Assembly: GCA_965226555.1 (NCBI GenBank)
Contig: CBDDDG010000012.1
Coordinates: forward strand, 1-64,000
Length of the DNA stretch: 64,000 nt
Direction: 5' to 3'
DNA from: Salinispira sp.
Lineage (GTDB): Bacteria > Spirochaetota > Spirochaetia > DSM-27196 > Salinispiraceae
In this document: piece after piece, positions 1 to 10,433 of the stretch
Layout of the letters: each line of letters opens with the position of its first letter
Position numbering within the stretch: the stretch's first letter is position 1
Program-made: the position numbers and the translations under genes
Notes under the pieces: model-generated
Seen by the model: the letters and a program-made list of their open reading frames with translations, nothing else
Told to the model about the DNA's origin: nothing
Databases searched by the model: none

Positions 1-1
1 A

Positions 2-3000
2 AGCGGGAAAATCTTTGCAGATAATACCACCTTCCAGGGAGAAGCTGATATTGGGAGCGGATTTTTCAAAAATACCACCGCCTTCCGGGACAATGTTACC
101 TTCCATGATGATGCTTCATTTGAAAGCGGCGGCACAAGCATCACTGTCAACTTCTTGGCTAATCTTACCCTTGCCCCCACATCTGCCATGAATTTTACGA
201 TCAAGAACTTGGTTACCGTCACCATTGGAACGGACACTACCAATGAGCTGAACATAACAGGCGCTGCGGTAACCTTTGACGGCGTAAGCACCAACACCTT
301 CACAATACGTTCGCGCATTACCGGTAATCAGGCACTTACATTCAGTACTACAGGCCGCACGGTAGAAATCGGCCAGATCGGTATTCCCGGTACATCCTAC
401 AGTGGAAACATTACCCTTTCATCTGCTGTTATCTTTCAGGGAAGTGTTAATGCGACAAGTGGAACCTTCAAGGATAATGTTACCTTCAGAGCGTCGGCAC
501 AGCGGTCAACTTCCAGGATAACATTACCCTCGCCCCCACGGCTCCCGTGAGTTTTACGATCGACAACTCGCCTACCGTCACCATTGGAACGAACACGAAC
601 AATATACTGAACATAACAGGCGCTGCGGTAACCTTCACCGGCACAAGCACTAATACCTTCACAATACGTTCGCGCATTACCGGTAATCAGAACCTTACAT
701 TTAGTACTGCAGGCCCGGTAGAAATCGAACAAATCGGCACTTCAGGCAATCCCCCAACCCCCTACAGCGCAAACATTACCTTTACCAGTTCAATTACCTC
801 AGCATCCGGCACAACAAACCTCACAATTCATCATCAGCAGCCATCAGCATCGGCAACATCGGCACATCCGCACATCCATTTAACACCATTACCGTAACTG
901 CTTCTTCTATTATTCTCACCGGCAGCATCTACTCCAATAATAACCAGCGATACAACACACTCGCCGGCGGAACCGACAATGGAACCCGGTTCATGCATAC
1001 AGCGGACTCATCCATTGATACGGCTGGAGCGGGAATGGTTGAGTTTGATGATCTGTATGTTCTTATATCAACCGGTATCGAAGTTGATTTTAATAATATC
1101 CTCTCAAATACCATAAACATGGACAGTTTTATATTTTATCAGGGGATTATTGATATTGATTCAACAAATTCATCCCTCATAATTGAAGCTTCAGAAAACA
1201 TTGTCATACTCGGAGGCAGATTATAATGATGCCGATCCAGAACGTGCCAGCGCCAATGAATGGAAATACCCCGCCGCCCTTAGTTATGACCCCGGAACCT
1301 CCTATTCCGCAGCCTTCGGCAGCAATGTTAAAAGCGCATCGAAAACACTTACCCTCACGGGCAACGGCAACTTCTACCTCAACGGTACAGATATTACCTT
1401 TGGCGGTACATTGAATCTCTCACTCCCGGATAATACAAACTCCGACCCCATGGCCAATGCTCCATGGGGCGCCCCCCTTCGCCATCTTACTCAACACCAC
1501 AGTACAAAACTGTACTGTTGCAAATAATACAAAAAACACCATTATTGAGGCATTTACCCCAACAGCTACCTCTGGAACAGGAAACAGCAGTGTAACAGAT
1601 GGCGGCGGTAATTCACTATTTACATACAAAGAAACCATTCCTCAGCCGGTAGCGCCTGCCTATGCCGCCATCACTACGGCAGATCTTATTAATACCTACG
1701 GTATTGATTTTGACCGGACATACATTATGGCAGCAGAAACCATTCGCTCCGATCTCATTAAACTTACCTTTAACCGGCCTGTTTTAAATGCTAATGATGA
1801 AATAGACACTCAGGTAACGAAAGATAATATCATCACAATAGGCGGCACAGACATGAATTTCACAGCGCGGCTTGACGGCGACACCGCCCCTGTTTTATCA
1901 ATTAACGCGAACGACCTCACGCAAGATACCACCACATACTACGCCCTCAAAGAATTCTATATCCATATCCCAAACACCCACACATTCCGAACCGATGCAA
2001 CAGGATCAGCAGCGGCGAATGCAGCCAATGGCGGACTTGGCGGATCAAACAGTACCAATACCCAAGGAAATAAGGGAAATTCCACTGCAATTGTGCCGGA
2101 CATTTCCTTTGCCAAGGGAATCTTTTTTGGCTCTAACGGCGCCGACCTTGTTACCGCAATGAGCTCCGGAGGCAATACCTTTAATACAACCAGCGATGGC
2201 ATACCCCCGCTGCTTCTTGAAATTCTTGTTGGAAGAAATGGGGATACCTCGGATGCGCGGAGTTACCACAATTATTTCAAACTTAGATACTCAGAGCCGG
2301 TAGCCTTCGGCGATGCCGATGGAGCCGTCATTGGCGACTCCAGCACTGAAGACGCAGTACAGGATCTTCAGTACGCGGCGGGAACAACCTTTGTGAATGC
2401 TGTATCAACAACTCCCTTTGATCCCGGCCCGCCCGGTATGCCAAATAGGAGCGGCGGTGAAATTATTACTGATATGGGAACCGTTACCGTTCCGGAATTT
2501 TTTCATACACGAACCAAACGTATCAGGAAAATTCCGTGTATCACATGATCAAAGGCAGTACCGACGGAAATCCGAACATTGATCTTCTTTACAAACCCCG
2601 TGACACCGAATTGGAAATTATTCTGGCAGGGCGCATGAAATCGTCAACAGAATGGGCGGGCTGGGTCTTCAATGTTCTCGACCCCTACGCGGCAGGCAGC
2701 ATAACCTTAATCGAAAATCCCAACATTACCGATAGAGCAGGGCAGACCATCAATCTTGCAGAAAATCAGGCATATATCAACAATATCAATTCAACGATAG
2801 CGCGCACTGCCTTAGTAACCGACTTTAAACCCGATCCCGATCTGAACATTGCTACCGATTTCTGGGATGTATCTCCCCCGGGCATATCTGCCTACAGCCC
2901 CGATACTACTGTCACACCTCCTCTTGGCGGACCCTACCCTTCTCCAAATTATGAAATTGTCATCCGCGATTCCGATAATAATCAGCTTATTGATACCTTC

Positions 3001-4685
3001 GATATTTTTGTTCAGGATAATTTCCTCAGCCGTTCATGGGACTATGTACAGGGACAAAAACAATCCCGAAAAAAATATTATATGGGATCCTTTTACCGAT
3101 CATCCCGATGCCAGACAAATACCAACTGCCGCAGATTCAACGACCATGGTTACTCCCCCTCGGGGAATTCGAGATAATAGTCTTGCCGATATTGGCGCGT
3201 TTTTCTTCGCTTCCGTCAATGAAAATATCCAAAACGCGACACTCCGCCTCCGATTCATCATTCAACTACCAGTTTTTAGCACCTCAGTAACAAACAACCT
3301 CTTTATTCAAAAAGGAACCATAAACGTTGACAAATGATCAATATTTCAGTTTGGTATTCAATGAAACTGCGAAAAATTGGTTTCCTGATTCTGTTATCTA
3401 TATTGCCTACAATGCCACAGCAGGTCTCATTACCGATCTTGCCGGAAATCTCATGCCCCCATCCGGTTTCGGATCACCCTCCGTATTTCCTTCTCCTCCC
3501 CTCATCCCCAATAATTTTGTTCTGAACCCCTACGAGAACTTCAACGGAGAAAACGGAAAGATTTTTAGCACTGACAAATTCCCACCGTTCATACTTACAA
3601 CTCTCGGAGCCGTTGGAGGAACACGGCTCTACATGAAATTCAATGAACCCGTTCTTGATGATAGTACAAGTCCAACTGCCATTACCGCCTCCAATTTCTC
3701 CTTAAGCTGGGGCGCTTCTATTAATGACATTGAAATTATCTCATCTGAAAATATCAGAGGGGCAAACGCAGCAACAGAAATTTATCTGAACCTTGGTTCT
3801 CCCATCAGCATTGAAAATATTTTCGATGGAAATATCAACGTCAGCGCGATAAACAACATTCGTGATATGGCATTGAATCCCTACGATACCAGCATAGCCC
3901 ACGAAACAAGCGATGTTCTTCTTGGAGTCATTGAGCCGGTATGGGCAATGAATAGTATCCTCGGAGGAAATTCTTCCGTCTACACCATTCGGAATTTCGA
4001 TGGCAGCGAATATCTTCTTAATGCTGATATAACGATTGAATCGGTCATACTTTCAAACGTTGCTCAGTACACATCCTTACCGGTCAAATTATACTATGAT
4101 GTCAATGTAGCCGAGTCAAAGCGTTTCGACAGTGGTTTCTGGTCGGTGTTTTCCATTCCGGGTCTCATTGATGATGTGAATGTATCGGCAAGAAATGCCC
4201 GGCAGCTCGCCGATGATGGCCGTATTACCCGCGATCTTATTCCGGGGGATGATGGAGAAATACAGCCCGGTGTTACTCTTGAATTTTTGTATTCAATTGG
4301 AGGCAAAATGACGGCATCCATAGACAATCCGAACAATCTTTTTTCCATCCGTCCATGGTCGCTTGACATAGAACAACTTCTTGAACAGCGCGGTAATACA
4401 ACGGTTGCGAACAATGTTATTAATCCTGAAAATGGCGATTCTGCTGTTATTCATTATGAACTTGAGCGCGCCGGTACGGTTATCATTAGCATATTTACTG
4501 TTGACAATTGTTGCTCCGATTTGGTAAGAATTCTTCAGCGAAGCCGCGCTGGCGAAGGTCAACATTCTATTGCCTGGGACGGCACGAATGCCGGCAACAC
4601 CATTGTCGCTCCGGGGTTCTATTTTATCCGTGTTGTTGCCCCGGGCATCGATGAAACCCGAAAGGTGCTGGTGGTAAAACCATAA
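2..4685 (+). pseudogene. 3' part of a giant Thr/Gly/Asn-rich surface protein ending in an FlgD Ig-like domain; broken into at least 7 consecutive frames
   Basis: Frame 2 open from the window start; successive ORFs 155-550, 547-897, 993-1226, 1183-1527, 1457-2548, 2536-3177, 2849-3337, 3327-4685 share composition; C-terminus NVINPENGD...WDGTNAGNTIVAPGFYFIRV is FlgD-Ig-like; internal ~358-bp duplication (147-420 vs 505-790). Confidence 0.7.
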
Positions 4686-4744
4686 ACCGATTCTGCTGCC
4701 GCCCCCGCTCCGCTGAATAATACAATTCTGGAAGGGTAATCAAT

Positions 4745-5734
4745 ATGAAACATAATCTTATTTCGGTAATTATACCATTTTACAACCGCGGAAACTACCT
4801 GCCTGAAGCAGTCGATTCCGTATTTCGACAAACAACGGGTAATGTTGAGCTCATTCTTGTTGATGACGGCTCGACCGATGAATCCATGGAGCGCGCATGT
4901 CGGCGCTGGAAAAACCGCGGCGGCGCAATGGGCAGCGCAATGGGCAGCGCAGCCAATCAAAATACGAATTTTTCACATTTTTCACATCATAGCCCGATAC
5001 GTACGCTCATTAATCTGCGTATTCCGCACAGCGGCATGCCCGGGCTGGTTCGAAACCGCGGTATTGAGCTATCTTCCGGTTCCCTTGTTGCATTTCTGGA
5101 TTCTGATGACCTATGGCTCCCGCGCAAGCTTGAACTTCAGTTGCCCATGCACAAAAAATTCCGTATTTCACACACCAGCGAAACCTGGCTGAGGGCAGAG
5201 TCGGCAGCCCCGGCATCCACACCAGTCTCCAAACTGCAATTCAGAACAATCAGCCAGAAATCCCAGAAACATCGGCGCAGCGGAAATATATTTCAGGACG
5301 CCCTGTGGAAGTGTATTATCGGGCCAAGTACCGTACTTATGGAAAAATCGCTGTTCGCCGAATGCGGAATGTTCAGGGAAGATTTGGAAATTGCAGAAGA
5401 CTACGAATTCTGGCTTCGCATATGTTCTCAAACCGACATTGCCTATGCGGATACTGAGCTTACGCAAAAGCGGGCTGGTATGCCCGATCAGAATCAGCTT
5501 TCAGAACGCTACACATACATCGAACAATTCCGCATTCAGGCGCTCAGGAAGCTTCTGGAAACATCAAATTGTCTACATAGCAGACAAAGGTATTCCGCAT
5601 GGTCTATACTCAGAAAAAAAGCGGAAATTGTTCGAAACGGAGCAGAAAAACGAGGTCAGGCAGGAGATGAATATACTAAGCTTATTCAACAATGCGATAC
5701 GGAAATGCTCAATGTATCTGAAAGCGCTCATTAG
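4745..5734 (+). CDS. glycosyltransferase family 2
   Basis: ISVIIPFYNR, LVDDGSTD, AFLDSDD, EDYEFWLR motifs. Confidence 0.92.
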   Translation: MKHNLISVIIPFYNRGNYLPEAVDSVFRQTTGNVELILVDDGSTDESMERACRRWKNRGGAMGSAMGSAANQNTNFSHFSHHSPIRTLINLRIPHSGMPGLVRNRGIELSSGSLVAFLDSDDLWLPRKLELQLPMHKKFRISHTSETWLRAESAAPASTPVSKLQFRTISQKSQKHRRSGNIFQDALWKCIIGPSTVLMEKSLFAECGMFREDLEIAEDYEFWLRICSQTDIAYADTELTQKRAGMPDQNQLSERYTYIEQFRIQALRKLLETSNCLHSRQRYSAWSILRKKAEIVRNGAEKRGQAGDEYTKLIQQCDTEMLNVSESAH

Positions 5735-6494
5735 CAATTTCAGCATGCCTGTGAGGATGCTTGTGAAGATACTGATAATAACCTGCGCATTCGGCGCTGT
5801 CTCCTGTTCCTCAGAATCGACAATTATTATTAACCCCGATTTTTCCGGACAGGCTGACATACGTATTCAGGTTTCCGACATTCTTTTCAGATACTTCCAA
5901 GATATTACCGGAAATTATCAGCTTTCCAGCGTTTTCAATTCTGCGGAAATTCTCTTTGAACTCGAAAAACGCAGGGGCATTACCGTTTTACAACTCAATC
6001 AGCCCCGTAGTAATACCCTTGAACTCAGCCTTGCCTTCGATAATGTAAACACCCTGCTTGCCGGTGAACTTCCAGAATCTGTCAGTGAAGACATCTTTAT
6101 TATCAAAACACTGCCCAATGGGAAAACAAAGCTTACCCTTAACCTCAATGAGCATACCATTCCTGCCCTCATGGACTTTGCTCCTGTGAGCAACAATGTT
6201 CTCAGCGACTACCTTCTCCCCGCATCGGGGAGAAGCGCCGATCCGCTGGCATATAAGGAAGATCTTGTCTGGGCGCTTGAGGAATATGCGGATGCTGAGC
6301 GTATTGAAAAATACATTGATGATTCAGCCATTTCATTTACCTTTGCGCTGCCGGGGCCTGCGCATGATGTTCAGGGAGAAAGTGCTATAGTACAATCTTC
6401 CTCCTACAATTTAGGACAAGATATTACATTTACCCTGCCCATCATCAATTTATTCACAATGACAATACAAAAAAACCTTTATGTTATATACTAA
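5712..6494 (+). CDS. hypothetical lipoprotein (start may be 5757)
   Basis: Hydrophobic segment ending in lipobox GAVSC; long ORF in operon context. Confidence 0.7.
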   Translation: MYLKALISNFSMPVRMLVKILIITCAFGAVSCSSESTIIINPDFSGQADIRIQVSDILFRYFQDITGNYQLSSVFNSAEILFELEKRRGITVLQLNQPRSNTLELSLAFDNVNTLLAGELPESVSEDIFIIKTLPNGKTKLTLNLNEHTIPALMDFAPVSNNVLSDYLLPASGRSADPLAYKEDLVWALEEYADAERIEKYIDDSAISFTFALPGPAHDVQGESAIVQSSSYNLGQDITFTLPIINLFTMTIQKNLYVIY

Positions 6495-6538
6495 AATTGA
6501 TAGAATCGTATTTTAGAAGCGAGGGTACTATTATAATA

Positions 6539-7393
6539 ATGAAACCAAAAATCCTCTTTATAACCGATAATAACGAGATCAGAGATGCTGTCCATGAGAG
6601 ATTCTCTCCCACCTACGACTTTACCTTTGCCGAAACTATCGGTAAGGGTCTGAAACTCATCACTCACGATGCTCTGTTTTTTACTATTCTCGCAACATAT
6701 CAGGGAGATAAAACAATAAAATTATTCAAAAAAAGCAGCGAAATTTTACCAACCTCGGGACGTATCATGATTTCCGATGCTGTCGACCTCCCCATGGCAT
6801 TTGAAGCGATAAACGTGGGAAAGGTATTCGGTCTTTTTCAAAATCCAATTGACCTGAGTGAACTGAGTGACATGCTTCAAGCTGCTGCTGTGGAGTATGA
6901 TCGTTACCGGCGAATTCATCTGGATACACTTACCGATCCCCTGACCGGTTTATATAACAGGCGTTTCATAGATCGGGAATTGAATCGTGTTCTTGAATCG
7001 GCTCAGCGGCATAAATCGACCTTTGCTATTATTTTTGGAGATATAAACCGATTCAAAAATATTAATGATACATACGGACACACAAATGGGGATCTTCTTC
7101 TCAAGAACATTGCAACTGTTCTCACCCGAACCTGCCGCGGATCCGATGTACTGTGCCGTTTCGGCGGCGATGAATTTGTTGTTCTCATAGAAAAAGCAAA
7201 CGCAACACAAACAATTCGCCTTATCGAACGTCTGAATACAGCAATGAAGGAACTCCGCCTTTCTGAAATGAAAAATGAAAAGTTTTCACTTTCGCTTGGC
7301 TACGCGCTTTTTCCTTCAGATAGCAACACGCTGGAGGGAATGTTTAAAATTGCTGATGATCGCATGTACAAGGTTAAACACAGACTTCGTTAG
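6539..7393 (+). CDS. diguanylate cyclase with N-terminal receiver-like domain
   Basis: DPLTGLYNRR, GDINRFKNINDTYGH, RGSD I-site, RFGGDEF. Confidence 0.93.
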   Translation: MKPKILFITDNNEIRDAVHERFSPTYDFTFAETIGKGLKLITHDALFFTILATYQGDKTIKLFKKSSEILPTSGRIMISDAVDLPMAFEAINVGKVFGLFQNPIDLSELSDMLQAAAVEYDRYRRIHLDTLTDPLTGLYNRRFIDRELNRVLESAQRHKSTFAIIFGDINRFKNINDTYGHTNGDLLLKNIATVLTRTCRGSDVLCRFGGDEFVVLIEKANATQTIRLIERLNTAMKELRLSEMKNEKFSLSLGYALFPSDSNTLEGMFKIADDRMYKVKHRLR

Positions 7394-7506
7394 CTCGGCT
7401 GCGGCTACACGCTCTTTCCCAACTATCTGGGCGAATAAGCGAACAATAGAAACTTGTGGAAAGTTTTACAAAATGCAAAAATTTCTTGTGCATTTCACCA
7501 GCTTGA

Positions 7507-7884
7507 CTACCAGCTTGAACGGGGTAAATCTATCTTCCACCTTCCGTTTATTTTTCGTCCATGCAAAATAAATTCCTGCCCCCCCGCAGTAAACTGAAGA
7601 ACACGATACCCGTCTGCCTCAAATGTGAGAATGTGCTCCGGTTCCGAAACCGGTAGCGGCAGATCAAGAAATCCTCCCGTTTCAGAACCTGCCGCAAGCA
7701 TGTCTTCCATAAATAATACAATGGCAGCAGTATTTTCGGTAGACAGAGAAGCTGCTTCTTCAAAATTATGCTGCTGAAGAGCACGCAGAAAGTTTCTTCC
7801 CGTCTCTTCGGGGCCGGGTGCGCAGGATACCAAAACCAATAATAATATAACTGCACATATACTTCGATAAAATTTCATATTCAT
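7507..7884 (-). CDS. small lipoprotein (NTF2/DUF4878-like)
   Basis: MNMKFYRSICAVILLLVLVSC lipoprotein signal; PEETGRNFLRAL and KINGRWKI motifs. Confidence 0.7.
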   Translation of the reverse strand: MNMKFYRSICAVILLLVLVSCAPGPEETGRNFLRALQQHNFEEAASLSTENTAAIVLFMEDMLAAGSETGGFLDLPLPVSEPEHILTFEADGYRVLQFTAGGQEFILHGRKINGRWKIDLPRSSW

Positions 7885-7920
7885 ACAAGAGGAAAGTTTT
7901 GATAATGGGATATTATATTT

Positions 7921-8070
7921 GACCAGCCCGGAGGCATGGCGAGCAGGAGGCGCAAGCCTCCGACCAGCCCGGAGGCATGGCGAGCAGGAGGCGCAAGCCT
8001 CCGACCAGCCCGGATGCATGGCGAGCAAGAGGCGCAAGCCTCCGACCAGCCCGGATGCATGGCGAGCAAG
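7921..8070. repeat. 41-bp GC-rich tandem repeat (3.6 units) with GAGGC-GCAA-GCCTC hairpin
   Basis: gaccagcccggaggcatggcgagcaggaggcgcaagcctcc starts at 7921, 7962, 8003, 8044. Confidence 0.95.
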
Positions 8071-8075
8071 TCCAA

Positions 8076-8954
8076 TTAATGCGATCCATTCTGCAGTGTC
8101 CGAATTTCATCCTCGCTCAGCCCGGTAACATCCTGAATGTCATGGGATGAAAATCCTTTGGAAAACATACTGCGGGCATTTTTTCTCCGCTCCTCAATAT
8201 GCCCCTCCGCGCGACCTTCCTGACGACCTTCCTGACGACCTTCCTGACGACCTTCCTGACGGACTTCCCGCTGCATTTCCTTCGTTTCTTCCTGTACTTC
8301 CTGCTTGACCTGGGCTTTGACCTCTTTGTAAATTCTCAGTTGCCACGGGAACAGTATTTCTATTCCTTCTTTTGTAATCATATCAATTACCTCCTTTATA
8401 GTGTAATCGTTAACGTTCGTCTCTGAGATGTGTGTATTATAGAGCACATCGCTCATAATGAGCAAGGACTCCTTCACCTTTTCGCCAGTGTCATGCTGGA
8501 GAATTTTCAAAAGATTCTTCGTGAATTCAGCGCAATTATCCTCATTCTTCAGATTTTTGTTGTAGCGCGCAAGGTAAAAATAGGCAGGCACCCGACCGTG
8601 GGACTGCAGTATTTTCTCATGCGGGAGCCTATGCACATCAATAACAGGATACTCAAAGATTTGGCGATATGCGCTCGGAAGGATCTCAGCCCGCGTGTCT
8701 TCCGTCGCGATCTGCTGCGGCCATTTCCGCATTCCCGTGTACAGAACAAGGGGATACACCCAATGATGTCGGTACGTTTTCGAATTGCGGATAGCGCGCT
8801 TGAGCATATCGGTATATTCGAATAGGCGCCTGCTCATGGAATAATCAACAAATTGCAGCAGTTGATATATGGACTCCGCATCGGCAAACAAGTATTTGTG
8901 AGTTTCATCCCATTGTTTTCGCGGCTTTCGATAAGCCTGTTTATTTTTCTTCAT
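8076..8954 (-). pseudogene. Rpn-family (YhgA-like) nuclease with an in-frame 201-bp deletion of the catalytic region
   Basis: Close paralogue of 54105-55166 but lacks the 67 aa containing SDIVAK...LEHQS; IS3 inserted 16 bp upstream of the start. Confidence 0.85.
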
Positions 8955-9033
8955 ATACTGATAACGGAGGTGATCTTGCTTCGATTTAACGGACACTCTT
9001 CTAAGCACGATACTATAGGGAGAGGAGAGTGTT

Positions 9034-9324
9034 ATGGAAACACGGAAAGTCAGAAAATTCTATGCTGAGGATTTTAAGGAACAGGCTGTGGAGCTTGCCA
9101 AAGAAATTGGCACGAAGCAGGCGACGGAAAAGCTGGGTATAGCAAGTTATCATACCCTCGCGAAATGGGTTCGGAACGACCAGAAAGGTCCCGAGTTTCG
9201 GGAACTTCAGGAAGCCCTGGCCGAGAACAAACGATTGAGAAAGGAACTGCGCGCCGAGAAAAAGGCGGTGGCAATACTCAATGATGCAATGGTTTTTTTT
9301 TGCAGAAAGGAGAGCCTGAAATGA
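9034..9324 (+). CDS. IS3 transposase OrfA
   Basis: HTH (FKEQAVEL...TLAKWVR) plus leucine zipper; T9 run near the end is a probable -1 frameshift site. Confidence 0.93.
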   Translation: METRKVRKFYAEDFKEQAVELAKEIGTKQATEKLGIASYHTLAKWVRNDQKGPEFRELQEALAENKRLRKELRAEKKAVAILNDAMVFFCRKESLK

Positions 9325-10205
9325 AGTATCGAGGAATTGAGCAGCTGAAGCAGACCGGACATGCTGTTGCACCATGCTGCAAACTTCTGAAGGTGTCCAG
9401 CTCGGGATTCTATGACTGGCTTAAGAGAGAACCGTCCAAAAACACCCGCAGGGATGATGAGCTTACGGGTAAAATCCTGCGTGTGTATACTGAAAATAAG
9501 GGATGCTACGGTTCGCCCCGAATTCACCGGCTGCTGCATCTTCATGGTGAAGCAATCGGGAGGAACCGAGTCGCCCGGCTTATGAGGGAATCGGGGCTCA
9601 ATGCGGGGAGAACGAAGGCATATCGCCCGCGAACAACAATGAGCAATCCATCCCAGAAGAAGTCTCCGCGGGTGTTTCGCATTGAAAGCTCCACGGTTAC
9701 GAAAGCGAATGAGGTCTGGGCATCGGACCTCACGTACCTGCCCGCCGGCGCAGGATTTGCGTACCTTGTTGTGGTTCTGGACATCTATACCCGGGAAATT
9801 ACGGGCTGGAATGTCAGTGATTCCATGGAGAGCACACAGACGGAAAAGGCTCTGTTACAGGCCGTACGGAGAACTCCCGGGGAGTTGAATAGCTTGGTCT
9901 TTCATTCAGATCAGGGAACGCAGTATTGCGCGCAGAGCATTCGAGACAAACTGGAAATGTTACATATTACCCAGTCGATGTCGAGAAGGGGGAATTGCTA
10001 CGATAATGCCTTTGTGGAAAGTTTTTTCCACACGCTGAAGAATGAGCTTGGTAAGCCGAGGTTTCAGAACCTTCAGGAGGCGCGGAAGATAGTTTTTGAA
10101 TACATCAACTGGTATAACCGAGAGAGGCTTCATTCTTCTCTTGACTATATGAGTCCGATGAATTATGCTTTGAAAACAGCAGGAGAATCCTGTTGTGTTG
10201 CTTAG
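9321..10205 (+). CDS. IS3 transposase OrfB (rve/DDE)
   Basis: WASDLTY, FHSDQGTQY, DNAFVESFF, YNRERLHSSL; ATGA overlap with orfA. Confidence 0.95.
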   Translation: MKYRGIEQLKQTGHAVAPCCKLLKVSSSGFYDWLKREPSKNTRRDDELTGKILRVYTENKGCYGSPRIHRLLHLHGEAIGRNRVARLMRESGLNAGRTKAYRPRTTMSNPSQKKSPRVFRIESSTVTKANEVWASDLTYLPAGAGFAYLVVVLDIYTREITGWNVSDSMESTQTEKALLQAVRRTPGELNSLVFHSDQGTQYCAQSIRDKLEMLHITQSMSRRGNCYDNAFVESFFHTLKNELGKPRFQNLQEARKIVFEYINWYNRERLHSSLDYMSPMNYALKTAGESCCVA

Positions 10206-10326
10206 CGGATTGTCCGAATTTTCGAAGCAAGATCAGAGGAAATGTTCGTGGTGATTGAGTTTTTGCAAAAAAAAGTTTGAAAAATGTAAAAAATTCTTTG
10301 GTTAATGTATGCGGATAAAGATATGC

Positions 10327-10394
10327 GGCTGCGATGTATGATTGGCAGTTGCGGATGGTTCGGTATACCCATGAGCATTCGATCAAGGCGGCTG
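10327..10394 (+). mobile_element. 68-bp fragment of the IS481 transposase 5' region
   Basis: Near-identical to ~39255-39322. Confidence 0.85.
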
Positions 10395-10433
10395 GTCGGC
10401 GCTCGTAGGAAGCGGTGCCTGCGGGCTATGAAA

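Larger units (their letters stand above)
8971..10235 (+). mobile_element. IS3-family element, copy 1 (1265 bp)
   Basis: Terminal IRs tgatcttgcttcga...tcgaagcaagatca; 4-bp TSD gagg; empty-site equivalent visible upstream of the paralogue at ~54070-54100. Confidence 0.97.

Noticed and set aside
7921..8070. CRISPR array
   Set aside because: 41-bp units are head-to-tail with no unique spacers and no cas genes
8955..9008. N-terminal extension MLRRVSVKSKQD on ORFs 8076-9008 and 24352-25107
   Set aside because: It is read out of the IS3 left end, not part of the native genes
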